Assembly (NCBI GenBank): GCA_963762985.1
Contig: CAVXMK010000024.1
Coordinates: 4,791 to 68,790, forward strand
DNA length: 64,000 nt
Direction of reading: 5' to 3'
DNA from: an uncultured Chloroflexia bacterium
GTDB lineage: Bacteria; Chloroflexota; Chloroflexia; Thermomicrobiales; UBA6265
Shown here: piece by piece, positions 26,344 to 34,840 of the stretch
Layout: every line of letters starts with the position of its first letter
Numbering within the stretch: position 1 is the stretch's first letter
The notes under the pieces: generated by a model
What the model saw: only the letters and a program-made list of their open reading frames with translations
What the model was told of the DNA's origin: nothing
Databases searched by the model: none
Made by a program: the position numbers and the translations under genes

Positions 26344-28099
26344 CTGTTCCACCCACCAATTCTCGGCGTCCCAGGTGGCGTACTCCCAGGTGCTGACGGT
26401 GTAGCCGTGGAGGCGGTTGGCGTAGACGCTGCCCTCGCTGAATTGCAGGATGGGGAAGGTGGGGATGTCCTCGCGGTGGGCGTCGGCGACGTTGCAGAAG
26501 TTCTCGCGACGGACTTCAACGTCCGGGCTGGAGTTGGCGGCGTCGATCCACTCGCCGACGTCCTCGCGCACCCAGCGGGCGGTGTTCTGGCCGCCGGGGG
26601 TTTCCTCGCTCGGCACCTGGTCGGGGTGGTGATCGAGGACGATGTCCTTGCCGGGCTCGGCGAACCAGCCGGCGTCGTAAACGAGGATGTCGAAATCGCC
26701 CAAGAGGCGGGGCGAGCCGTCGGCCCAGGTGCCGAAGATGACGGCGAACTCCTGGTTTTCCAGGCGGGTGTCGATGCCGACCGCCCGCAGGTCTTCCTGG
26801 ATGGCTAGCTCAATCAGCTCGAGGTCGGAGAAACCGGTGTAGCCGTTCATCATCAAGCTCAGCGGGGTGCCGTCCTCGACGCCCTCGACGCCGTGCGCCT
26901 CGCGGATGCCGTCGCCGTCTTCGTCGCGCCAGCCGACCTCGTCAAGCAGCGCCTGGGCGGCTTCGGGGTCGTAGGTGAATGGCTCGACCTCGCAATTCAT
27001 CCAGCCGACGGCGAAGGGGGAGTCGATGTGGAATTGCTCTCCCTCCAGCAGCTCGTCGATGATCCGGTCCCGGTTGACCGCGAGGGTCATCGCCTCGCGG
27101 ACGCGCAAGTCGCCCAGGATCGGGTGCGGAGGCTCTACCCCTGGATCTCCGTCGAACGGTTGGGAGAGGTTGAACCACATGCGCACGACCCAGATGCCGG
27201 GGGCAATGCGGCCCATGCCGGCGCTGGCCGCCTCGATCTGCTCCTCGGCCTCGTTGCCGGCCCAGAGCATCACGTCGCCGTCGCCCTCGATCATGCGCGC
27301 GGTGCGCGCCTCCTCGGCCGGGACGACGAGGAAGTTGATGCCGTCGAGGTAGGGCTTGCCTTCTTCGCGGTAGTTCTCGTTCCTGACGGCGGCCAGGAAC
27401 TCGCCCGGCGCCCACTCCTGCAGCACGAAGGGGCCGGTGCCGATCGGGCTGCGGTTGAAGTCCCAGGTGGCCATCTCCTCGGGGGCGCCGGTGGCATGCT
27501 GGGGCATGATCCAGGGGAACTGGTCGAGGTAGCCGGCGTTGAACTCCGAGTACGTGACCACCACGGTTTCGGGATCGGGCGTCTGCACGTCGGTGATCAG
27601 CTCGTACTCGCTGGCGACCGCCGAGCCGTTGGCCGCGTCGCGCGCCGCCTCCCAAGTGTGCCTGACGTCGGCCGAGGTGAACGGTGTGCCGTCGGACCAG
27701 AGGACGTCCGGCTTCAGTTTCCAGGTGACGGTGGCGAGATCCTCGGAGACGCCGCCGTTCTCCAGGGTGGGCAGCTCCGCGGCCAGGGCGGGTTGGAAGT
27801 TGCCGTCCGGGTCGTGGTAGGTCAGCCCTTCCAGGATGGCGGTCGAGACCTGGGCCGCGATGCTGGTCTGCCCAACGAGCGGGTTGAGGCTGTCGGGGTC
27901 TTCGATAGAGGAGGAAGTTGGCGACGCCGCCCGGCTGCGGCGGGCCCTGGGTGTCGGAGTAGTAGGGGGCCTCTGATTCCGGGGTGCTCTCCGCGTCCTG
28001 GGCGCGGGCGATGCCGGCACCGAAGAATAGCGGCGCCATCAGGGCGATGAGCGCGGCGATGCGCCACCACTGAGACGAGCGGGAACGAGACTGCGTCAT
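26284..28099 (-). pseudogene. ABC transporter substrate-binding protein (SBP family 5), frameshifted near 27905
   Basis: ATG at 28099 follows AAGGAGG. MTQSRSRSSQWWRIAALIALMAPLFFGAGIARAQ...GGVANFLLY continues only in another frame as SIEDPDSLNPLVGQTS...IGTGPFVLQEW. Confidence 0.75.
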
Positions 28100-28350
28100 C
28101 GCGTCCTCCTTGCCACGATCTCCACGCCGAAGATTTCGCCGATTGACGCGAGCCGCGGCGGGTCTCGCGCTGCCGGCACGGCAATCTCGGTGAGCGTGCA
28201 GCATAACAGGGTGACGGTGCGCGCGGGGCAGCGAGGGAACGATTCTCGCTGGCGTGGCACGGTTCTCGCAGGGGTCGCCGGTATCCGCCCGGGTCCGCCG
28301 TGGCATGAATGGCGGTGCCCGGCGGATCGGCCCACGACCGGGAATGCCCA

Positions 28351-29892
28351 ATGAGCCGCGAGATGCACGGCCGGATCACCCGCAGGCGACTGGTGGCGGG
28401 AACGGTTTCACTGGGCGCAAGCCTCGGCCAGTCAGCCACGTCATTCGCCGTGGGTGACGAAGGCCGCGCACACCAGGTGCCCGGCGCTCACGCCCGGAGC
28501 GGGGATGTCGCCGCCATCGCCGACGTGACGGTCGTCGACGCCACGGGGTCGCCCCCACTGCCGCACATGACGGTGACGATCGAGGGCGAGCGGATCGCTG
28601 ATATTCGCCCCGCGGACACGGCCGAGGCTCCCGCGGGGGTGCGCGTGGTCGACGGCGCGGGGCGGTTTCTGATCCCCGGTCTGTGGGATGCCCACGTCCA
28701 CAGCTTCGTCTTCCCCTGGCAACCCGATGTCTATCTGCCGCTGCTCGTCGCCAACGGGGTCACCGGCGTGCGGGACATGGGCGGCACGTTCCCCATGGAC
28801 GCCATCGATGACGTACGCGCCGTGATCGCCGCCGGGGAGAGCGTCGGGCCGCGCATCGTGGCCGGGATGATGGTCGACGGTCCCACTCCGGTCTGGCCCT
28901 TCGCGCTGCGCGCCGGGACCGCCGAGGACGCTCGTCAGGCGGTCGCGACGATCGCCGAGTCCGGGGCCGATTTTGCCAAGGTCTACACGCTGTTGCCGCG
29001 GGAGGCATTCTTCGCCATCGCGGACGCCGCGAACGAGCGCGAGCTTCCCTTCGCCGGTCACGTCCCGATCGCGGTGACGGCCACGGAGGCCTCGGATGCC
29101 GGGCAACGCAACGTCGAGCACTACAGCGACTCGATGTTGCCGTATTGCTCGACGGACGAGGAGGCGATGCTGGCCAAACTGCGCGCCGCGGCGGAAGGCC
29201 CAGAGCCGGTGCAGGCGTACGCGGCCACGTTCTTCGCTGCCCTGCCGCCGTTGTTGGAGACGTTCTCGCCCGAGAAGGCCGCGGCGCTGGCGGAGCGCTT
29301 CGTGGCCAACGAAACCTTCTTTTCCCCGACGCTGATTATCGGACAGATCGCGGCGCGGGCCGGGGAGCCGGAACTGCTCGCTGACCCGCGGCTGCGCTAC
29401 CTGCCGCCGGAGGTCACCGCCGCGTGGATGCCGCAAGGGGATGCCGCCCCGGCCGAAGGCACGAGCGTGGATCCGGCGGTCGCGCGGCGGTCGCTGGAAG
29501 TCGGCGCGGAGATCACGCGGGCGATGCAGCGGGCCGGAGCGCCGGTGCTGGCCGGCACCGACCTCGGGTTGCCGTACGTCTTGCCCGGATTCAGCCTGCA
29601 CGACGAGCTGGGGCTGCTGGTGGAGGCGGGACTGAGCCCCCTGGAAGCGCTCCAGGCGGCAACCCGCAACGCGGCAGACGCCGTAGGGTGGGGCGACGAC
29701 CTGGGAACGGTGGAGAGCGGCAAGCTGGCGGATCTGGTCCTCCTCGACCGCGATCCGCTGGCCGACATCGCCAACACCACGCGCATCGCGGCTGTCGTGG
29801 CAAACGGACGGCTGCTGGAGGATTCGGAGTTGGAAAGGTTGGCGCCGAACCGAGCCCAGGTCGCTACGCCCGCGGCGTCCCCGATGCCGTAG
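28351..29892 (+). CDS. Tat-exported amidohydrolase-family protein
   Basis: Leader MSREMHGRITRRRLVAGTVSLGASLG, metal-binding GLWDAHVHS, and C-terminal GKLADLVLLDRDPLADI. Confidence 0.8.
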   Translation: MSREMHGRITRRRLVAGTVSLGASLGQSATSFAVGDEGRAHQVPGAHARSGDVAAIADVTVVDATGSPPLPHMTVTIEGERIADIRPADTAEAPAGVRVVDGAGRFLIPGLWDAHVHSFVFPWQPDVYLPLLVANGVTGVRDMGGTFPMDAIDDVRAVIAAGESVGPRIVAGMMVDGPTPVWPFALRAGTAEDARQAVATIAESGADFAKVYTLLPREAFFAIADAANERELPFAGHVPIAVTATEASDAGQRNVEHYSDSMLPYCSTDEEAMLAKLRAAAEGPEPVQAYAATFFAALPPLLETFSPEKAAALAERFVANETFFSPTLIIGQIAARAGEPELLADPRLRYLPPEVTAAWMPQGDAAPAEGTSVDPAVARRSLEVGAEITRAMQRAGAPVLAGTDLGLPYVLPGFSLHDELGLLVEAGLSPLEALQAATRNAADAVGWGDDLGTVESGKLADLVLLDRDPLADIANTTRIAAVVANGRLLEDSELERLAPNRAQVATPAASPMP

Positions 29893-30024
29893 GGGCCGGT
29901 TGGGCGGTCGCACGCGGCATCGAGAGCGTTCGGCTCGCCGCCGATTCCGTAGACCGACCGTACGCAGTGCAGCCCTTCAGAGGGCCAATTTCGGCGATCC
30001 GGGAAAATTGTCCCGCTTACCCTC

Positions 30025-30052
30025 TTGACACTGTGTCACGATGATGTAGAGT
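30025..30052 (+). promoter_or_regulatory. Sigma-70-like promoter TTGACA-N16-TAGAGT
   Basis: TTGACA at 30025-30030 and TAGAGT at 30047-30052, directly upstream of the hairpin-rich region. Confidence 0.5.
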
Positions 30053-30058
30053 GTACGT

Positions 30059-30440
30059 ACTGAAGCACCGGGGGCCGCGCAAGCGGAGAGGCGGCCGGAG
30101 CAATCCGGAAGCCAAGGCAGAAGTCGGACTTGCCAGCAATGGCTGACCGACGACTCCCGGGGGACCGATCCCGTCGCGGTGGCAACACCGTTAGTCTTTG
30201 GTGGCTTGTCCACCAATGTGGTGACGGTCCAGGGTTTGCGGCAGCAATGTCGCGGACCGGGCGCACGGCAGGCGGCACACGAACACCGGCTGGCGAGCGT
30301 TCGATCGGGGAGCGGCCGAGCAATCGGCGCGGCGAACCGGTCACCGGGGTTCCGACGGATTTATCCGTCGGAAGCCACTGGGGCCTCAGGACGGAGCGCC
30401 GATGGCTGCGCAAGCGGCTGTCGGCGTTTCTGTGTTTGTC
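30059..30440 (+). ncRNA. Candidate ~380-nt structured RNA of unknown class (seven GCAA-tetraloop hairpins, intrinsic terminator)
   Basis: GCAA-loop hairpins are CCGC-GCAA-GCGG (30075), CCGGA-GCAA-TCCGG (30095), GCCA-GCAA-TGGC nested in GTCGG/CCGAC (30123-30151), and CGGTG-GCAA-CACCG (30177). Further ones are GCGGCA-GCAA-TGTCGC (30236) and GCCGA-GCAA-TCGGC (30314). A 10-bp hairpin TTCCGACGGA/TCCGTCGGAA lies at 30350-30373. The terminator stem at 30398-30425 also has a GCAA loop and is followed by gtttctgtgtttg. ORFs across the region are Arg/Gly-rich. Confidence 0.5.
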
Positions 30441-30468
30441 CTACCGCTTGACCGAAGGGATTCGCCCC

Positions 30469-30726
30469 GTGGCCAAGACGCAGACGGTGAAAGCCGATAC
30501 GACTGGCCGACTCACGCTGCCGGCGAGCCTCTGCAAGGCACTCGGCATTGAGCCTGGGGATACGTTCGTGGTCGCCGCCGAGGAGCAGGGCATTGTGCTC
30601 CGCCCCATGCAACGCGAGAATCCATTCGACGCTCGTGCCGAACACGCGTTGGCCGAGTATCGAGCGGGGCGAACGCAGAATTTGCGCGATTTTGCTACGG
30701 ACCAAGGCATCGACCTGGACGGTTGA
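30469..30726 (+). CDS. AbrB/MazE/SpoVT-family DNA-binding (antitoxin-like) protein
   Basis: GTG at 30469 lies 8 nt after GAAGGGA. VAKTQTVKADTTGRLTLPASLCKALGIEPGDTFVVAAEEQGIVLRPM is a swapped-hairpin barrel motif. No toxin partner is seen. Confidence 0.6.
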   Translation: MAKTQTVKADTTGRLTLPASLCKALGIEPGDTFVVAAEEQGIVLRPMQRENPFDARAEHALAEYRAGRTQNLRDFATDQGIDLDG

Positions 30727-30775
30727 GCGCATGCGCCACCTCTGCAGCGCCCTTCAGGGTGCTATCGCTAAGTCA

Positions 30776-30798
30776 GCCTGATCCCTTTGGGGTCAGGC
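30776..30798. repeat. 23-bp hairpin repeat (family C), inverted copy of 7145-7167
   Basis: gcctgatccctttggggtcaggc. Confidence 0.55.
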
Positions 30799-31035
30799 GA
30801 CATGGCAGCGAAAGCCCAATCAGGGAACGCTGTTGCCAGCCTCGCCCGCCCCGCCGGAGGCTCAAAGCCATCCGGCTGCCCCAACGAAAGCCCCGTAAAA
30901 CGGGGCTGGATTCGGCTCGGATCAGTCACGGATACAGTCTATTCGAGGGGTAGGGCGCAAGACATCGGTTGTCGAAGTCGAACGGGACCAATCAACCATT
31001 GCGGGCCAGCAGCCCAGCGCGAAAGGAGGCTTCGC

Positions 31036-31590
31036 ATGGGAATCGTGATCGCCGGGATGAGCATGTCACTCGATGGGTTCGTCGCCGATCCCGAAGGCAA
31101 CCTCAATCTGCTCTACCTGGACTTCGCGGACCTCCAAGGTTCCGAATTCATGAGCGCCATCATCGAGGAGACCGGCGCCGTGCTCATGGGTCGCAAGACG
31201 TTCGAGATGGGCGACCCCGACTCGTACGTCGGCAGCTACGAGTTCCAGGTCCCCATCTTCGTGCTCACGCACCATCCCCCGCGCACCCCGCCGAAGCAGG
31301 ACGAGCGGCTCACGTTCACCTTTGTGAGCGGAGATGTTGCCGAAGCAGTTGCCCAGGCGAAATCCGCCGCCGGGGAGAAGGCGGTTCAGGTTGTTGGTGG
31401 GGCGAACGTCATTCGGCAAATGTTGCGGGCGGGACTGGTTGACGAGCTGCACATCGACATCATGCCGGTGCTGCTGGGCGCCGGCCTTCGCCTGTTCGAC
31501 ACCACCGACGACGCACCTACCCGCCTGGGGCGAACCACGATGGACGCCATCGGACAACGCACCAGCCTCAGGTTCCGCGTCATCAGATAG
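31036..31590 (+). CDS. Dihydrofolate-reductase-like (RibD C-terminal domain) family protein
   Basis: ATG follows AAAGGAGG. MSMSLDGFVADPEG...VLMGRKTFEM...VVGGANVIRQMLRAGLVDELHIDIMPVLLGAG. Confidence 0.8.
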   Translation: MGIVIAGMSMSLDGFVADPEGNLNLLYLDFADLQGSEFMSAIIEETGAVLMGRKTFEMGDPDSYVGSYEFQVPIFVLTHHPPRTPPKQDERLTFTFVSGDVAEAVAQAKSAAGEKAVQVVGGANVIRQMLRAGLVDELHIDIMPVLLGAGLRLFDTTDDAPTRLGRTTMDAIGQRTSLRFRVIR

Positions 31591-31712
31591 CCGAGACGGG
31601 CTACCTGCGAGCGATCCGCCAGCCCGACTCTCCGGCTTGCCCAGCCCCCGGTTAATTCGGGCTACACGGTCACCTCGACGCGATCGCCCCGATCTGCCAT
31701 GCCCCAGACCGT

Positions 31713-31999
31713 GTGCCAAGCGGTGCCAAACGGTGACTCGACTGCGGCACGGCCCGAATCTCCGATGCGCTTTTATGCATTGCTGAAGTTTTCTGGAGTG
31801 CCGTCACACGCCGGCCAGAGGCACAGGCGAGAGTCGGATGCCCAAGCCGCCCTGCGACGTACGCCCCCACGCGATTGACTCGCGGCCAATTCAGCGCCCT
31901 GGTGTCCGTACATCTCCGTGCCAAGTCAGGCAAAGTGTCCGTTCACCACTGTGCCAACGAAGTCAAACCGACCCGAAGGTCCCCTTCGGCGCGTGCCAA
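31713..31999. promoter_or_regulatory. Iteron-like GTGCCAA repeats flanking an AT-richer patch (candidate origin/operator region)
   Basis: GTGCCAA occurs at 31713, 31723, 31918, 31951 and 31993. The locally AT-rich stretch gcttttatgcattgctgaagttttctgg lies at about 31769-31796. The region is upstream of the MerR-like/initiator-like gene pair. Confidence 0.35.
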
Positions 32000-32154
32000 T
32001 GGGGCACACCGTTTACTTCCTTCGCTCCCAGACCTACTATGCAGTTGCAGAGCGGAGGGGAGGACTCCCGCCGCTGACGAGGACCGATCCGCCGCCATCT
32101 CATCTGGACCGGCACGCGGTGGCAGCAAGGCGAGAGCAGCCGGGAGGCGAAGTC

Positions 32155-32457
32155 GTGGCAACCGAACACATCGCCCCGGAAACCGGGCTGGGTCGCACCT
32201 GGACGGTGCCGGAACGAGGACAGGCCGGCCGACTCTACATGACTGGCGATCTGCGCGCGCTGACCGGGCTGCCGCGCACCCACATGGATTTCTTCCTGCG
32301 CGAGGGCATTGTCCAGCCGACGCTGCGCACGGGGAGCGGCTACCTGCTCTTCGACGACGCCGAACTGGAGACCCTGCGCGCCGTGTTGCGCTGGCGGGAG
32401 GAGGGGGTCGGGATCCGCGAGATCCGCGACCGCCTCGGCCGACCGGCGACGGACTGA
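32155..32457 (+). CDS. MerR-family HTH protein
   Basis: GTG at 32155 lies 7 nt after GGGAGG. LYMTGDLRALTGLPRTHMDFFLREGIVQPTLRTGSGYLLFDDAELETLRAVLRWREEGVGIREIRDRL. An alternative ATG lies at 32239. Confidence 0.6.
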   Translation: MATEHIAPETGLGRTWTVPERGQAGRLYMTGDLRALTGLPRTHMDFFLREGIVQPTLRTGSGYLLFDDAELETLRAVLRWREEGVGIREIRDRLGRPATD

Positions 32458-32580
32458 GACCGACGGAGGATGGCGCGGCGGGCGCAATCGGCCGCGCCGG
32501 AGGAGAGAAGCAATCACGAGACTGACCGATGACCCGCTGCGGGGTTCAGGCCGCCGGGCGTAGGGACGGAAGGCGCTCAC

Positions 32581-32608
32581 TTCCGACTTCCGACCTCCGA
32601 CTTCCGAC
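32581..32608. repeat. Four tandem heptamers TTCCGAC (GTCGGAA on the minus strand)
   Basis: ttccgac ttccgac ctccgac ttccgac, immediately 3' of the minus-strand terminator. Confidence 0.7.
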
Positions 32609-32611
32609 TCG

Positions 32612-32817
32612 CAAGAACGACAAAGGCCGGCGCGCCAACGCCAGCCTTTCTCCGGTCTTTCGGTTGTGACCTTGCCCGAACCCGTTACCGGGTTCCTGAC
32701 CTGACGCGCTAACCGGGTTTCGAACGGACCGTCGCCAAACCGCCTGTTCGAGCCCACCGAGCGCCAGATGTGCCGCCGCGTTCCCCGCCAAGGGAGGGTT
32801 GCTTGTACCCAGGCGAC
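32612..32817 (-). ncRNA. Candidate ~200-nt small RNA, antisense to the leader of the initiator-like gene
   Basis: The minus-strand promoter TTGACA-N18-TAGATT lies at 32853-32824. An internal hairpin GAACCCG-GUAA-CGGGUUC is present. The terminator AAAGGCUGGCG...CGCCGGCCUUU (32649-32622) is followed by GUCGUUCUU. No convincing ORF. Confidence 0.45.
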
Positions 32818-32823
32818 TCCGTG

Positions 32824-32853
32824 AATCTAAGCATGCCTCGGGAGGCGTGTCAA
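32824..32853 (-). promoter_or_regulatory. Sigma-70-like promoter TTGACA-N18-TAGATT on the minus strand
   Basis: tgtcaa at 32848-32853 and aatcta at 32824-32829 on the plus strand. Confidence 0.45.
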
Positions 32854-33128
32854 TACCGGGTGTCGGGTGTCCGACGGGGTTCCGACGTTCGATGGCCGGC
32901 TTCTGCGTCCCCCCCGAGGGGCGGGGAGTCCGCGTGACCTCGTCACGGGACCAACGCCGCGGCGCGGCGCCGAAAAAGCCCCTCTCCCTGCGCACAGGGC
33001 CGGGTGCCCTCGGGGCGGCGGTTGGGGTGAGGGTTGCCCAGAAAGAGGGGATAAGTCCCAGCCCCGGCGGCCACCCCGAAGAACCCCAGCTCGCCCCCGT
33101 CCCCGAGGCGACCCTCGGCGGGGAAGAC

Positions 33129-34814
33129 GTGCGGCGGCGGGGCTGGTTCTGGCACTGGAATGCGCTGGTCACCCAGTACGCGCCGCTGATCGGGTTGAAG
33201 GGGGTGGGGCTGCTCAACTCCTACACGGTCTGGACCGACCGCCGCGAGGAGTCGCCCCATCGCGGCTACGCCTTCCCCTCCCAGCAAAGCGAGGCCGACT
33301 TCTACGGCGAGGACCGCGCCGAGCTGATCACGATCAACAAGATCCTGGTGGCGCTCGACCTGATCGAGATCCGCAAGGAGATGGTGGTACGCGCCGATCC
33401 CCAGGGGCGGCGCTGGAAGGTGCCGCACAACTTCTACCGGGTCAAGGACCACGGCGACGACTTCACCCTGAGCACGCCGGACGTGCTGCGCGTGGCGGAA
33501 CTGGCGGCGAAGGACCGCTCCGTCTACCGCTACGTGCGGCGCGTCTTCTCCCCCCGCTTCGCGCCGATCGACGGGGACAACGTCTGGGGCCGTATCCTGC
33601 CGGAGGTGCGCGCCACGCCGGTCTGGCAAGAGCTTGCCGCGAAGGCCGCCGCCGAGGAGAATCGCGCCTCCGCTCGCACCCGCGCCGGGCACGCCGCGCG
33701 CAAGGGGAGCGCCCCCGCGCCGGACGACTCCGGCGAAACCGGCTCCGCGACGCCATTTTTTGTGCCCGCGGACGGTGACGGCGCGACAACGCGCGCCAGC
33801 GGCAATGACAGCAGCGGTGTCAATAGCAAGGTTGATGAGAAAATCTTTGTTGCAAACGCCAACACTGGTTTGGGGGTGGATGTTGCCGGGACCAACAGAG
33901 GTTCGGGCACGATCGGGCGAAGCAGCGTTGCTCCGGTCAACGAAGCTGAGGCAACCGATGTTGAACCGACCAACACGACGTATCACCAATCATCGACAAC
34001 AACGAAAGACGGACCGAATCAAACGATTGCAGAACGATTGGATCGGCCGGCGGCGAAGATCGTGCAGGCGACAACGACAGGGGATGCGCCAAGCGGTGGG
34101 CCGGGCGCGAGCCCACCGGCTGACGGCCCAGGCGAGACCGCCGCGCTGCGGGCCTTCGAGAGCGCGAACGACCGGGCGGCAACCCCGGCAGAGCGCAAGA
34201 TCCTGCGCGACCTTGCGGCTCGCTTTCAGCCGGTGGCCGAGACCGCGGGGAAGGTGCGAGACGATGTGCCTGAGTCCGGCTGGGGGTGGCTGGAGGCAGC
34301 AGTGTGGGAGGCGGTGGAGGCGGGGAGCGCGTTTGTGGCGCCGCGCCGGCTGCGGGAGATCCTGCTGCGTTGGGAGCGGGACGGCTTTCCCCAGCCGAGC
34401 GGTCCCCAACCGCCCCAGCCGAACCAGCCCCGACGAGAGTCCCGTCGCACGGCGCGACCAGACGAGACCGTGCCTCCGCCGCGCTCATTGCCTCCGGTCT
34501 TCGCCATCGAGGAGGTCGGGCTGTCCAACCGGCAGGTCTGGGCGGCGACGCTGGCGGAGTTGGGGCAACGCGGCGACGTGGGACGGGCCGATCTGGAAAC
34601 CTGGCTGCGGCCGGCGGCGCTTGTCGGGCGGGATGGCGATACGCTGTTCGTCGGCGCGCCGAATGCCGTGGCCCGCGACCGGATCGCGAGCAGGCTGCTG
34701 TCAGCGCTGCGTCAGGCGCTGACGGCGACGATCGGCGTGGCGCTCGACGTGGTGGTTGTGGTCGAGACTGACGAAGGTTGGACACGTCATCAGCACGACA
34801 CGCCGGCGAGCTGA
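33129..34814 (+). CDS. Replication-initiator-like protein (N-terminal winged HTH, DnaD/DnaB_2-like domain, C-terminal DnaA_N-like domain)
   Basis: GTG at 33129 follows GGGGAAG. wHTH-like WNALVTQYAPLIGLKGVGLLNSYTVW...GYAFPSQQSEADFYGEDRAELITINKILVALDLIEIRK. DnaD-like TPAERKILRDLAARF...WLEAAVWEAVEAGSAFVAPRRLREILLRWERDG. DnaA_N-like VWAATLAELGQRG...DLETWLRPAALVGRDGDTLFVGAPNAVARDRIASRLLSALRQAL. The ORF upstream of 33129 overlaps repeats and the antisense RNA. Confidence 0.55.
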   Translation: MRRRGWFWHWNALVTQYAPLIGLKGVGLLNSYTVWTDRREESPHRGYAFPSQQSEADFYGEDRAELITINKILVALDLIEIRKEMVVRADPQGRRWKVPHNFYRVKDHGDDFTLSTPDVLRVAELAAKDRSVYRYVRRVFSPRFAPIDGDNVWGRILPEVRATPVWQELAAKAAAEENRASARTRAGHAARKGSAPAPDDSGETGSATPFFVPADGDGATTRASGNDSSGVNSKVDEKIFVANANTGLGVDVAGTNRGSGTIGRSSVAPVNEAEATDVEPTNTTYHQSSTTTKDGPNQTIAERLDRPAAKIVQATTTGDAPSGGPGASPPADGPGETAALRAFESANDRAATPAERKILRDLAARFQPVAETAGKVRDDVPESGWGWLEAAVWEAVEAGSAFVAPRRLREILLRWERDGFPQPSGPQPPQPNQPRRESRRTARPDETVPPPRSLPPVFAIEEVGLSNRQVWAATLAELGQRGDVGRADLETWLRPAALVGRDGDTLFVGAPNAVARDRIASRLLSALRQALTATIGVALDVVVVVETDEGWTRHQHDTPAS

Positions 34815-34840
34815 TGGGACGAGCGCCGGCAGGAGAGACG

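Noticed and set aside
30059-30440. Known RNA classes for the large hairpin-rich RNA (RNase P, tmRNA, cobalamin, ZTP riboswitch)
   Set aside because: There is no GGAAAGUCCGGGC/ACAGAAACCCGGCUUA (RNase P) and no tRNA-like 3' end or tag ORF (tmRNA). A GCCACUG word is present at 30374, but the GGUGNNAANUCC and AGCCAGGAGACCUGCC cobalamin cores are absent. A CUGGCGA...GGGGAGC stretch resembles the ZTP 5' half, but the CCGCCUGGGCA pseudoknot partner is missing. This judgement is from memory only and needs cmscan.
32735-32760. tRNA-like T-arm word gttcgagcc
   Set aside because: There are no complementary 5-bp T-stem arms and no acceptor or anticodon stems around it. No tRNA could be folded anywhere in the window.
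32612-32817. SRP (4.5S) RNA, suggested by GUCAGGUCAGGAA...GUAA tetraloop
   Set aside because: The invariant 3'-strand GGAAGCAGC/AGCA motif of SRP helix 8 is absent (the sequence reads CGGGUUCGGGCAAGG). 6S RNA cannot be judged by eye.
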